Both the position numbers and the translations under genes were made by a program. DNA of 62,530 bases, filler included, from Bipalium vagum (taxonomy: Eukaryota), in assembly GCA_037834085.1 (NCBI GenBank). It is 3 parts of 3 records of this genome, joined end to end, with 100 filler letters (N's around TTAATTAATTAA, not from the genome) between each part and the next. Parts side by side here need not be neighbours in the genome. Positions count along the whole stretch, not along the records: positions 1 to 24,705 come from JBBMKC010198831.1; 2 more parts are not named here. One strand, written 5' to 3'. This document shows, piece after piece, positions 11,401 through 24,805 of the stretch. Within the stretch, counting starts at the first letter, position 1. Every line of letters begins with the position of its first letter. Under the pieces are notes generated by a model. The model saw only the letters and a list, made by a program, of their open reading frames with translations. It was not told where the DNA came from and searched no databases.

Positions 11401-11569
11401 TTATAAAATATTTTTAAAATTTTATTTCATACAAAATATTATAAAATTTTTTCATGAAAATTTCAATTTCTTTATTTCATTTATTTCTAAAAATCTGTTT
11501 AAAATAATGGTTTCATAAATTTTTATATTTTTTGCATCAATTGAAAATCAAATTTGCTAAAAGAATTAT

Positions 11570-12660
11570 TTTGTTCACAAATAGTTTTCAATTTCAGAAT
11601 TATAATAAAAATAAGATTTTGTCATTATACTTTTTAACTTTATTAAATCTTCAATTTGTTCCGTTATAATCGTTAATAAATGTTTTTATTTTTGTTCTTC
11701 CATTAATAATAATATAGTGTCGATAAGTATTATATCAACCAAAAACATGATATTTATTTACTGTTCCAAAATTTACTATTCCATCATTATTGAATTTATG
11801 TTTATCAGCAACTAATATTAGTGTAAATTCATTCCTTAATGTTTTAAATATTCCTAATTTTAAATATTTGAGAGAGTTTAAAGTAATAAATAAATTGTTA
11901 AATTTAATATGATCTGATGTTGATGTCTTCCAAAAAGAATACCACATATCAGGTTTTAATTTTAGATAAATTGATTTATAATCATCTAATGCATAAATAT
12001 GTTTTATTCTTGTTTTAACTAAAATTGAAAAATCTTGATATTTTTTTTCTAAAACTTTTGTATTCTTCTCAAAAATATTTTAATCTTGTTTTGTTAAAAT
12101 TTTTAATTTTAATTCATTAATCCCTTTTTCTAAATATTTATTCTGGTTTTCAATTGTTAAATATTTCTCATTGAATTTCTTTTCTAACTCTTGTAAATCA
12201 ATTTTCTTAAAAATATATTGATCAACTTTTATCTTAATAAGGTTTTCAAATTTTATTTTTGCTTTATTTATGTCTTCTTTTCTTTTATCATCATAAAAGT
12301 CTTTTTTAAATAAAATAAAATTAAAATTAAAACTTTTCATATTTATATTATTTATATTAATCCGTTATTTATTTTGTAAAATATGTGTTGATAATCTTTT
12401 TTCAATTTCTTTTACAAATTTAAAATTTACAACATTATTATCATTTATTGGTTCTGCTACATTTATTATTTTATTAATATTCATATTTATAATACCTTTC
12501 ATTGCATCACCTGTAATATTTAAAAATTTATTTTCACTCTCATTTCTAATAAAATTTATTTTTCTTTAGCTTCATTTTCATCATCATCATTATCATAATT
12601 ACAAAGTTGAGACGCATATCCAATAACAGGGTTATCTAAACCTATGGCTGCATTTTCCAT
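11570..12660 (-). pseudogene. Fibre-like Polinton ORF, copy B
   Basis: ENKFLNITGDAMKGIINMNINKIINVAEP and FTLILVAD...IVNFGT match copy A. Confidence 0.6.
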
Positions 12661-12750
12661 TTATTTTAATTTTTTATTTAAGTCTTCTATTTCTTCTAAA
12701 ATCATATCAAAACTAATATTACTATATAATTTGTATAAAACATATAAAGT

Positions 12751-13100
12751 TGTAAGTGTTTGGTTCGACTCTTACTGCGAGATCTAATCTCGAAATTACG
12801 AAAATGCTAACTCTATTAATATAGGTTAGAACTGGGCTCACCAACTACACCAAAGGTAGTGTAACAAATAGGTGTTCTAACATACAAACTATGTCTAATT
12901 AAATTAACTAAGATGACACGTTTTTTGTTACAAAAATATATTTTGTAATACAAATACAAATCTTTTTATCACAATTATAATATTAATTATTTAAAGTCTT
13001 CTTGGTTTTATAATAACCGAAGAAGCCCTCGTGTCAATAATGCGTATTCTGTCGACTAGAGCGAAGCAGAATCGAATTGTCAAGAAAACAAACAAAAGAA
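12751..13100 (-). mobile_element. Solo-LTR-like fragment (copy 2), truncating Polinton B
   Basis: Begins TGTAAG exactly where protease homology stops; patchy similarity to 1010-1281; minus-strand TATAAAA near 13006-13012. Confidence 0.5.
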
Positions 13101-14649
13101 ACAAGAAAATTAATAAAAAGAACGTATTGCAGAGTATTTGCTCTGAACACGTTAATGATTATTTAATTATTTAATATTTTTTTTCAAAAGAGATCGATGT
13201 TTCAAATAGCAAAAGCGTATTTGTTATCTTTTATTATTACTGGCTGTAACATGTTAAAACGAAGTTAAGTGCGAATTGAATGATAAAACCAAGAGCTTAT
13301 ACACTCCTGATTTTCACATTCCTGATCTCTTGATTGATGCAAAATAAAACTTTCCATTAATAGAATAATATGGGTTTTTGCTATTTTAGGAAAATTCTTA
13401 TATTATAGAACTTACTAAATATAGCCTCCCATATATTAATATTTTTTCATATTAATGTATTTTTAGTAAGTTTTATTTTCTAATTTATGATTATTCATTA
13501 TAAGGAATGATAAAGATTTTACGTAATCTTTATAATTCAGTAAAATCAATAATTACAATTGTTTTAATTATTGATTTTTATGAAAGAGCAGATTTTTGAA
13601 ATAAATAAATTTTAATAATTGTTAGTTTATTATTTCATATGGAATTCGAGCAAGTTAACAGATTAAATTTTCTTAAAATATACTCAATTCTATTGCCTAA
13701 TCTTTAAACCATAAAATCCAACGAGGTTCTCCTTATATACAAAATAATTTTTCTAATTAATCTAATCTAGTGCAAACGAAAATTAGAATATTTAAATTAA
13801 TCGTGTATTTCATACTTATAACTACATGATTATTATTTACTCTGAAAAATTTCTTCAATATTTTTGATATAGGTTAAGTACTTTTGAGCGTTACCACATA
13901 TTTCAATAAATTGAAGATTTTTTTAAAAAATTTTCTGAATATTTAAGAATAGAGAGAGAATTAATGCACATATATGAGCATAACTGAAAAAGTAGAAAAG
14001 AAAAAGAGAAAATGTATAAATACTTATATTTCGGTGAACATTGTGATATGAAATAAGGATTTATCGAACAAATAAATAATTAAAAGTAAATAATTAAGCA
14101 AATTCCAATGTGTAAAATCGGAAAGGTCAAACGGTCGAAATGACTAAAACAGAAATTTTCCTTCAAAAAGTGTGGCATTTTTCATCTGTAACATTGGCAC
14201 GTGTTAATACTATTATTTATCAGGTACGGCAGGAGAGCTCGTTTTGTCTGAATTGATAATTACCTCGCTCGGAAAATAAGTGCTTCTTGAAATTTGTAAG
14301 TTTCTGAAGATAATTTTCGTTCTTCAGATAAATTTATACAAAAAAAGTGATTCTCTTTTACTTTTTTTAAAAATGAATTCTATTTGCTAATTTTTTTTAA
14401 TGAACTTCTCATGCTATAAAAGACCTGTGGAATAGATTTTTTATTATTTCTTACGAGGATTGTCTTTTACCTTTTTCATACGGGTGCATACAAGCCTACA
14501 ATAAATAATATTATTATGTAAAAAAACATTTATATTTCAATACTAAGAATTAAAAATGTTGTTTAAATATATCAAAGTTTTTGTTTACAGCGATTATTTA
14601 AAATACTTTTAAAAATTGAATTAACAAGAGAAAATGTAATAATAATAAT

Positions 14650-14895
14650 GTAACAATAATCCTGTACAATTTTCGAAGAGGATTATCTCAGAACAATGTC
14701 GATCCGAAATGATATCTGTTTTTTGGAATGAAGCAAACATATCAGTCAAAATTTTCTAGCTGTTACCGAGATTATCAACATGGACACTCTAGTCTGACCG
14801 ATGAGCGGAGAACTGGTTAACCACGGACAGCAGCTATCCAGGAAAAAATCGAGACTGGACGTCAGCTCATCATGAAAGATCGACGTACAACATAA
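14650..14895 (+). mobile_element. Mariner transposase N-terminal fragment
   Basis: IILYNFRRGLSQ...FGNEA...GHSSLTDERRTG*PRTA...LIMKDRRTT. Confidence 0.8.
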
Positions 14896-16042
14896 TATTT
14901 TGAAAAGCAATAAAACATTTTCAGTCTTTTTTGCTTTTTTTATTTCTCTATGCAAAAATTAAAAGAAAACACTCGTATTAATAAGGTTACTGACGAAAAA
15001 CATTTCCGAGCTGATTTGCGGTGTAAAGCTTGTATCTTATCTTTCTGTGAAAGAAGACATCAACTCGGTTTCCCTCATCAAATAAGGGGTACAAAATTCT
15101 TTTTATTTTATTTGATTATCGTACTACCGTCAAATCTTATCCTTAAATATTTTCTTTTTATGTTTTATTTATTACCAAATTTTTTTTTTATTACTAATTC
15201 AGAACATTCCTTAAAGAATAATGATTGTTGTAAATATTATGAGCTCATCATTCTAATTTTCTAATTCCAAAATTCGGAATAAAAGATTGTAAATCTCTAA
15301 AGTCTATGAAATTTATAGAAAAGTGCAAAAACATTATCCTATAATTTTTAAGGAATCCTCATAAAATTTAAAAACAAAAGAAATAAATCATAATAATAAT
15401 ATTTTGAAAGAGACACAGAAACACAATTCTGATGGCTTGGACATTATTATAAATTATAATTTTTAAATAATATATTATATCAAATAATAAAGTTTTACTG
15501 TATATTTCAAATATACTTTTGACACATTTCCGGAATAAGAGCTAATATTTTAGAAAAAAGCTATTAATAATCATTTATTTACATAATTATTATTAATCAT
15601 TTACTAATCAAATTAAATTAATAATAAATTTATTTATAAAATTATACAAAAAATAATTATAAAATTAATTCTTAATTAAATTAAATATAAATTAAATTAA
15701 TAATAATCATTTATTTACCGCATGAGCTTCAGTATTATATTACAGTACAGTTAATTCTAAAAGCATTTTATTTTTATATTGTTGTGTATGATTGACAGAA
15801 AATAAGGCTTAGAATGGCTCAAAGACTATCAACCAAATTAATTTTCATTTTCATATCACAATTATGAGGGATATGCATAACTTTTCGTTGCTCACATATT
15901 TATGACATTATAAATATTATAACATATACGTATTGTTTGAAACAATTTGTTTAAGTCATTATTGATAATATTGTTATGCAGTACATCATAATTTATTTCA
16001 ATTAGTCGATTTATTTGAAGCAATAATTAAAGAAGTTAATAA

Positions 16043-16270
16043 AATGCATATTCATCACTACATGTTGTCCATTTATAATCAGTGTAAGACATCTGCCCAA
16101 GCAACCAGATTAATTTGCAAAAAATATGGTGATGAAACAACAGCCGAGAGTTCATGTCGCGAAACTTCCAGAGGCTTTAGAAGGAGTAATATTGATTTAA
16201 ACGATAAAAATTGAGTTGGTTGGCCAGACGAAATTAGTTCTGACGAGTTAGAAACACTTTTGAAAGATTT
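16043..16270 (+). mobile_element. Mariner transposase N-terminal fragment
   Basis: HIHHYMLSIYNQCKTSAQATRLICKKYG...IDLNDKN*VGWP...DELETLL. Confidence 0.75.
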
Positions 16271-16698
16271 TCTATATGCAAATACTTAGCTTTGTCTTTC
16301 AACAGCAGCATTTTTATCAATTTTTATTTATCAATTTATTTAAGCAAATAAAACGTAAATATCATTATTATTATGATTAACTTTAAAATAATATATTAAG
16401 AAAAACCACAGTACTTTCCGAATTCAATATACTTATGTTGTACTTATTTTTAGAATTTTTATATTTTTCTCCAAAATTTTAAAATTTTATTTATTCATTT
16501 TATGAGATTACGATATTTTTAAATCAGTCGAAATTAATATTTCTTTTTACATAATAAATCACCGTAAACAAATAGTAGAGCATAACTCGCTTTTCAACGT
16601 TTATGTTGAATTAAACAATAAAACAAACGGAAACATAAAAATTTATTTTTAAATTAAATTTTATTTGAATAATATATACAGTATATAATTTGATCTTA

Positions 16699-17492
16699 TA
16701 TTAAGTATCGGAATACTGATTGCCGTTTCCCCCCGAGAAGTTTCAAAAAAACAAATAATTTATTCAATAAAAACAAATTAAACTTAATCACCAAATGACT
16801 TAACAACTTTTCCCAACTTATCTATAAGCGAAAAAATGCCCCCGATAAGGATCGACAAAGATTATCATGTAGGCCCCATTTTTTATCTCAAATAATGATC
16901 CTTTTCTAAAAAGGTTCTTAAATATGGCGTTGAAGAAACTTCATCATATACTGAACCTACCCATTTTGTTTGCAGGTATAAGTTGGGGAGAAACACATTG
17001 GTCGAGTTTCTTTGAATAGCTTAACTTGTTTACTCATCACAGTTTAGATATTGCCATTTCAACACAAGTCTGGCAGGGTCCATTCTAGACCAGTTTGACT
17101 GAAGCCTCATCTTCAAATAAACTTGTTGGTCCTCTTCCATTTATATGTTTGAGGATCTCATTGCCTCCATTGAACCTTTTGAACCATCGGTGGGCATCTT
17201 CAACACAGATAGTACCCTTGCCATACCCTTAATAAATTTGCTTGGCTGGTTCAGTGGCCTTCAGACCTACATTGAAATCATAAAGTAAACACGACATAAT
17301 TTTGATATTAGAACGCGGCATAATTTTCACTAATGCTTAATAAAAAATAAATATCATTAAAATTATTATTTAAATCCATTAACAACATTATAACATTTAA
17401 TCATTAATGTAAATTATTTTTAAAAAAATTTAATTTTACTAAAAACATGTCGAGTCTAAAAACAACACTCAATATTTCGGTACCTTATATTA
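16699..17492 (-). mobile_element. Internally deleted mariner with degenerate TIRs
   Basis: CLLYDFNVGLKATE...HRWFKRFNGG and KKLDQCVSPQL (degenerate WVPHEL). Ends tattaagtatcggaatact / aatatttcggtaccttata are imperfect inverted repeats. Confidence 0.75.
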
Positions 17493-18779
17493 TAATATAT
17501 TATTTTATATTATATTATTTTTTCCATGTAAAAATATTATAATCATATGTAAATCTTTCAAAATTTAATATTTTTAATTCACAAAAAACTTAGGAACTCT
17601 TTTAGAATGAAAAAACTTTTTCTTATAAAAATCTGTAGAGAATTTGCATTACCAATTTTTAAAGAATACATTATTGAAAAATAGAACATTTCAGAACCAA
17701 ATGGCACATTGTGATTCTCCAATGTCTGGAGAAGATATCACAAAAGAATTGTTCATTGTCAGATGAGACAAAATTCCAAAAGGTCGTTTGGGCGTTCACT
17801 CTCAACAGTGAAAGATATGAAAAGGCAGCAAATTATATTTGCGATGAATATAATTTGAAAAGTGAGCTTGTTTTAATTTTTTAATGTTAATAAAACAAAA
17901 AACATTACTTTCATTTATATCAAAACAATATTTATTGAACATTCCCTTGATTTCTTCTGAGACATTTTTGACAAATGTCACATTTACAAGTTGGATGTCT
18001 GACAATTATTTATTGTTAAATCTCAATATGAAAATAAATAACATTTTTTTCGAAAAATTTATTTATAATTTTTTAAATTACTTTATTATTGAAAGAAAAA
18101 CCATATTATAAAAATTAACTATTTCGATAACTTTCAAAATAAAATGTATAAAAAAGCAAAAAATAATAGATTTATTTAATTTGGTTAAAGTAGAATTCTT
18201 AGGTAAGCTGGTTTTAGTTATTTTAAATTATTAAATTACAAAAATATGTAATTTTGAATTTTATTAAGTCTGATTAATTTTGACTTAATTTTATAATATG
18301 AATATAATATAAAACAATGTATATATAAAAATATCATATAAATTAAAATTAAATAATATTTTATTTATTCTTGTTAATTTTATAATTATGTAAAATTCTA
18401 ATTTTTTATATTATAAAATTTATAATTATATATTTTTAAAAATTAAAATAATAATTATATATTTTTATTATTACATTAATTAATACATTTTATTAAACAT
18501 TAATGTAAATAATATTAATTAATAATTAATATAATTATATTAAACAAATAAAAGTATTAATTATCGATTCTTATTTATCTTATATTATATATAATTATAT
18601 TCATGTTTTATTATATCTTAGAATTATTTATTATTAGAACATTTTCTATTAAATTAAATATACATGTGAAAAAGAACATCAATCGAGTTTTTAAGATCAT
18701 TAAAATGTTTTTATATTCAAAAACTTTGAAAAATATCTATAATTATCATGATGTTTACAAATTTGAGAAACTTCCGTGT

Positions 18780-18940
18780 GATCAGTACTGGCCGTTTGGA
18801 ATTGATATTTACCTTAAGATCTATTTTTAGTTTTTTGTTTTGATTGATGGTGGTAACAGTTCATAATGGATGTTTTCTTCATAATCCAACCATACGAAGA
18901 ACAATACTTTTCATGGATGAAGTCCAGTCTTTCGCATTTG
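18780..18940 (-). mobile_element. Mariner catalytic-domain fragment
   Basis: KTGLHP*KVLFFVWLDYEENIHYELLPP. Confidence 0.75.
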
Positions 18941-20339
18941 TAAAGAAGTATCATCTACCTGCAAAAAAGTCATAATACAAATAAAATTAAAATTGTTCGT
19001 ATAAAAAAATTACATGAAATATTATAGTGCTCAAAAACTTAATCAAAATTAAAATATCTCAATAGGACCAATATATTAGAATCCAAAATGTTGAAATTAC
19101 CTATAAATCTGCTAAACCTTTTTTCGAAGTCACTGTTCCTTAACCCAGATCAGAGATTATTATATTTGTGACCTCATAAGCCGTTAATTGAAAGGCAAAT
19201 AATAAAAAATGCCTTAAATGCATATTTCCGGAAGTCATTTAAAATTGCGCGATTTTTTTGAATATAAAAACAATACTAATTTTTTTATTTATAATGTTAT
19301 TCCGCAAATATTTTAAAATTTATATTTAGTCTTAAAGAAAAATATGTTTGGTTTCTTAATTTTGGAGCTAATTACTAAATAGGCACCTTTTCAAATTGTA
19401 GACCTAATAGTTACAGATTTTCAATATTATGTCTCAGAAATTATTACATTTATCACGTTCTTCTAAAACATTGCCATAAACTTCAAATTAAGATATTACT
19501 TCTGATTCTAATGAAATTAAGAAAATAAATTTAATGTTTCTATAAAGATTTAAGAAAGAATTTTTGTGAATATTCACCGCTGAGATTTCTAGTGATATAA
19601 TAAAATCTCAACCAAAAATCTTCCCATTATCACTGGATTTCAAAAGATCTTCAATTTCAAAATGTAATGACAAATTTGCTGGTGGATCATGGTTGATCTT
19701 GGTGAGTTGAAATGAGAAATCAGAATGTCATTGAAAATCATAAATTATCAAAATCAAATTAGTGATTTATCTCAGCTATTTTGAAGGCTTATGTGACATT
19801 TTCCCTTCAGGGAATATCACTTACCAACTTGATTAATAGGAAAAATCAATTAAAAGTGTTCATAAAATTGCCCAATTTTAAGTGGGAATGGCTGATTAGT
19901 TTAGCATTTGTTTCCATCTCGGATCGGTCCAGCTTCATTTAAAATAATGGAAATTTTACATTAAAACTTGGCAATTGAATTACAAGATTCGTGAGGTCTG
20001 TCATTCAAGTTTCGTAAAAGGATCTCATTCAAATACCAGCCCGATTCTCAGTTTTTTATATCTTTTAGCATTAATTAATCATAATTTTTATATTAATAAT
20101 TGTAGACTTACTATTAATAATAACAAGTTATATAACATACCGACACACAAGAGTGTTATATAAATAAAATAAAGGTTAAACGGTAGTAAAGAGTCTCCAC
20201 GATGAAAAGTGGTCGTTATAAAAGTAATATAAAAACTATAAGACAGAGTATTTTAGTAAAACTATATTTATTTTAAACGGATTTTGTACAGAAAGCAAAT
20301 TTCGTTTGATAATTAACAAAATATCTTAACCCCGATAAA

Positions 20340-20990
20340 TTTGCGAACTTTTCACTTAACTACACCCATCAACTTCTAGACAGACATTTTAGTTACCTTA
20401 TCCATTGATTTCTTCCACTTTCTTTTAAAATCTTCTTTATTCTTTGTAACGCCTTGTGTGTGATTCAAGTTCCGTTTTACAATTGCCCAATTTTTTTCAA
20501 TTGGTCTGACCTCTTTTCATTTAGTAGGATTGGCTTGTCGAGGAACAATTTTCAAATTATTTGTTTTGTACCCTTTTAATATGTCTTTAGCATAATGAGA
20601 ACTTGCGAGATCGGGCCAGAGTAAAGTAAGACAATGATGCTTTTTAATAAAAGACAATAAGCATTTTTGAAGCCACACTTTGATGTAAATTTCTTTATTC
20701 ATTGTTCCAGTTTTGAGGAAACTTACTTTTTTTCCACATGAAAAAATTAATTTCTTTGAGAATTATGGGAGCTTTTTCAAACTAAATCTGTCAGCAACTA
20801 CGTCTTTAGCCTCTGCAACATAATATTTATGATCCGGAATATTTTTGAAGTCTCCTTTACTGTAAGTCTGATCGTCCATAACACAATCAACTTTGGTAAG
20901 GAAATTTTCATAAAGCTTTCTCGAACGGGTTTTAGTAATGCTAATCTTTTGTTCATCACAACCAGGAGCAACAGTGACTTTGTAGGACAA
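20340..20990 (-). mobile_element. DD37E-type Tc1/mariner transposase relic
   Basis: CVMDDQTYSKGDF, MNKEIYIK..LQK.L, LWPDLASSHY and NP...RPIEK.W motifs. Confidence 0.8.
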
Positions 20991-21869
20991 ATATTATTAA
21001 TATTATTAATAAAAGTAATATTAATAATAATCATAATAATAAAAATAATTTTTAAAAAAATAATAATAAAATAAAATAAATGTTAACATCATTAACTATT
21101 GTTTTAACTAGTCCACTATTTTTTGAAGTTAAATGAGGAATGTCTAGAAGTTTTTCTGCTTGGTGCAATAAAAAAATTTAATTTAAATTAACCAATCAAA
21201 TTTCAATTTAAATAAAGTAAATTTGATTAATTTTTTATTTTTCTTTTCATTTTATTGATTTTATGTAAGTAATATAATATAAATGTAATATAAAATTAAA
21301 AAAAAGTAAATTACATGTCAAATTAAATCTTTTCCAAAATATCTTTTTACAAAAATATTAACTTCTTAATTAATACCTTTTTGAAAGGCGCTTACTTCTA
21401 ACAATATTAAATATAACGTTCTAGAAACAATAGAAAATGCTAATTTAAATGAGAGTCTGTAGACAAAAATTTATGGGTGCTTTTTCCATAATATAAATAA
21501 AGTTTTGCTTATCAATCACAAGTCTAAAGGAGTTAGACGGAAATTGTCAATGAAATTGAATAATTCCGTGGCAACCAATGTCAGTTCTGCCATAACATGG
21601 ACAATGACTTTGACAACCCATTGTGATGATATGATTAAAATTAATGGAGAAACCAAGAAAAGAATGTGCGACAACAGAAAAAAGTATAATATTTAGCTAA
21701 ACAATATGTCGTAGGGATAAAAATAAAAATTAAATTCATTATTTTTTAATATCTGTAATGGAATGGTTAAAGGATTATTTTGAAAAGATGATAGGGAAAA
21801 TTGGGTAATGTAATCTTAAAATATATCCATACTTTAAATGAGCTATTAAAAATATAAAAATGAAAAATA

Positions 21870-22245
21870 AAGGAAGTGATTACTTTAGATTAAAATTTTG
21901 TGATCGTGTAATTTTTAAAAATTCAGATATCACTTGGCCTCAAAAATCTTAAGACTTAACCTCCTTTAATTTCTTTTTGTGGGATGTCCTGAAAAATAAG
22001 ATTCACACAAACAATCAAAAAACAATTGATGACCTAAAGGACAATTAATCGCAAAGCAGGTCATGAAATAACTCAAAAAACAGTCGAACTAAAAATTCGA
22101 TTCTTGAAATGATACATGCTGACAAAGCCATGGTGAACATTTGAATGATATTTGTTTCATATTTCTTATAAAATAATAAAACTTCAACACATTTCCTTTT
22201 TATTCAGAAGAAACAGACAGGCGTCATTATATGATGACCCTTTAT
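21870..22245 (+). mobile_element. Tc1/mariner transposase C-terminal relic (WPPRSPDLTPLDFFLWG type)
   Basis: WPQKS*DLTSFNFFLWDVLKNKIHTNNQKTIDDLK. Confidence 0.7.
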
Positions 22246-23654
22246 ATGTGTACATCATAAATTTCAAATAATTCAATATTTCCCAATATATTCAATATCT
22301 CATATGTTTACCACATTTCAGAGTTTCGTTCTTCTATAAATTTGTCAATCAACCCTTATTGACTTATTTTATCAAATTTATTCAAAATATCAAAATAATT
22401 TTAAGGAAATTGTCTTAATGTCAAATTTTATATTTTATTTTATCACCCATTACGAAAATAAAATAAAAATTAATAATCAAATTTAAATCTTAACAAGATA
22501 TTATTTGGTGTTTATTTTTTCATTATTAGTAAAAATATGTGGAGTTTTTATTATTTGTTATTTTAAAAAATGTATGAACAAAATTCCGCGCGCGGAATTT
22601 TTAAAAAAATATTAATTTTTAATACAGATATTCATCATGAAAATTATTTCATTTCTGATAGACTGAAAAATTTACAGAATTTTTCTAGAATTTTTTCTCT
22701 TTAATATTCCTTCGAAGTAAAGTACATGGTTCATTTCCGGTTCTATTCTCACTTGTTATTGGAATAGTTATTACAAAATAAGGCCCCACCCTAAAAGATG
22801 TCGTGCAGTTATTTAAGCAAAGTCACGTTAAGAATGGATTATTTCATAATCAGATTTTTTTAATTTATCATTTTTTTTCAATTAATTAAAGAAATACTTA
22901 AATTATCATTATTATTATTTTATTAATATATATTATATTACATATAAATATATATTATAAATATAAAATAATAACTTTATTTTTTCAAAGACATTCATTT
23001 ATTTTAAAAATATTTTATTTAATATTTATTTTATTAAAATAAATTGTATTCCATATATATACATTTATTTATTTATTTTCACATATAAAATTTTTGTCGA
23101 ATAAATATCGCATTTGTGTTGACTTTATGTGCTGTCCATAATTCTCGATAAAGACATTATTATGAAGCACATTTTTCCATTAAATAATTTAATAAAAATA
23201 GTTTTTAAAATTAACAATTATTTTATTATCTTTAAAATTAAAATAAATAAATCTATCTCAGTTCAACTTTAATATTAATGGTAAGGAAACACTGATCATA
23301 ATTATTATGATAATTAACACTAGTAGTGTAAAGCTCTCATTACAAAAAAATATTATTATTATTATTATTTATTTATTTATTATTACTATTATTAATATGG
23401 TAATTTCAAAAGATTATACATCTGGAAACGCTGTTTGATAATATTTCATGACTACTTTGGATTTATTGTTGATTTCAGATTCGCTTTCACTTTTTAAAAG
23501 TTTATTTTGTACAGTAAAATATAAAAACATTCAAGACATTAATTTAGTTAATTTTAAAAAACTCTTCAGTTTATAAGTAAAACACAGGTAATAACAATAG
23601 TAATATATTATTACTATTATTATTATTATTAACACCCTATAAATAAAAAATGAC

Positions 23655-23921
23655 TGAGAGCATTTCATAGTCAGCAACAGATTTTTGACCAAAACCAACG
23701 ATATTATTCAATTATTTTTCTAACAATTTCTGGTTGGATTTCGTCACAATTTTGGGTTGACAACCACTTCTTTTTTTTCTTTCACCATTTTCAGCACATG
23801 ACATTAGCCGGTAAAAATTTGATTTGGTATGTCTTTATCAATGAAATGCCTAGCAATAAAGTTTTTCTCTAAATGTATATTTTTATTGTAAAAATTTAAA
23901 ACAGGATTTTTGAGAGTCATT
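23655..23921 (-). mobile_element. DD37E-type transposase N-terminal relic
   Basis: VLNFYNKN...ARHFIDKDIP...RKKRSGCQPKIVT...NNIVGFGQKSVA. Confidence 0.5.
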
Positions 23922-24705
23922 TCTGAAAATGTACGCGTACATAATTTAATAATACTGATATATTTATCTTACTTCTATATATCATATTAAAGATCCTGAT
24001 TTGCTTAATAATTTCAAATAAGTCATCTAAACCAATAGTATTAAAGTTATTTAAGTTTAAAAATTTCCAATTTTTTATATATAGGATATTATTATTATTT
24101 TACCATTATTTTTATTATCATAAAAAATATTCTCAAAACGATTTTTATATTTACATTACGATTAAATTCTTTTCTCATACTTATCATGAACCCATCTTGA
24201 TGATTTTATAAAGGTTTCTAAAGGTACAATAATACTCAATTCTATTAGAATAATATATAATTTGACTTCTTAATAATATTATAACTATTGAAACATAATT
24301 ATTTGAAACTCGTGGCTAAATGTATTCCTCCCATTATATTTAGATCAATTATTTGATATGAAAACACTTGATTTCTTGAAAATATCTGCTCTGAGCCCAA
24401 TGCAAAAATGACAGAATAACAATCACGACGATAATTACACTTCATCATACATTTTATAGTCACTGTCTCCATGTTACCTTCGCAGTATTTCGAAATAACC
24501 TCAGGCAAAATAATGATCTCAAAAGTACTTTTTACTTAATTTTTCAATGTTAGAAAAAATATGGGAATGATTTTTATGAAAAAAACCATTTAAGTAAAAT
24601 TTATATATAATGTTGTTCGGTAAATCGCTGTCTGACTTGCTTTCTTAAGAAAAGTGTTAATGACACTTGATAAGAAAAATTATATAAATTCTTTTTATTG
24701 TTTTA

Positions 24706-24805
24706 NNNNNNNNNNNNNNNNNNNNNNNNNNNNNNNNNNNNNNNNNNNNTTAATTAATTAANNNNNNNNNNNNNNNNNNNNNNNNNNNNNNNNNNNNNNN
24801 NNNNN
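24706..24805. other. Assembly gap with artificial six-frame-stop linker
   Basis: 44 N + TTAATTAATTAA (24750-24761) + 44 N. Confidence 0.98.

Larger units (their letters stand above)
7622..12750 (-). mobile_element. Decayed Polinton/Maverick element, copy B (inverted, truncated at both ends)
   Basis: Protease tail LYVLYKLY...ILEEIE (12662-12748), fibre-like ORF, membrane-protein ORF and pPolB; same gene order as copy A where they overlap. Confidence 0.9.

Noticed and set aside
1010-13100. One LTR retrotransposon carrying the Polintons as cargo
   Set aside because: The two LTR-like copies match only in patches, there is no TSD, PBS or PPT, and each directly abuts a Polinton edge.
24750-24761. 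TTAATTAATTAA as a biological motif
   Set aside because: Centred in N runs in both gaps; an assembly linker.
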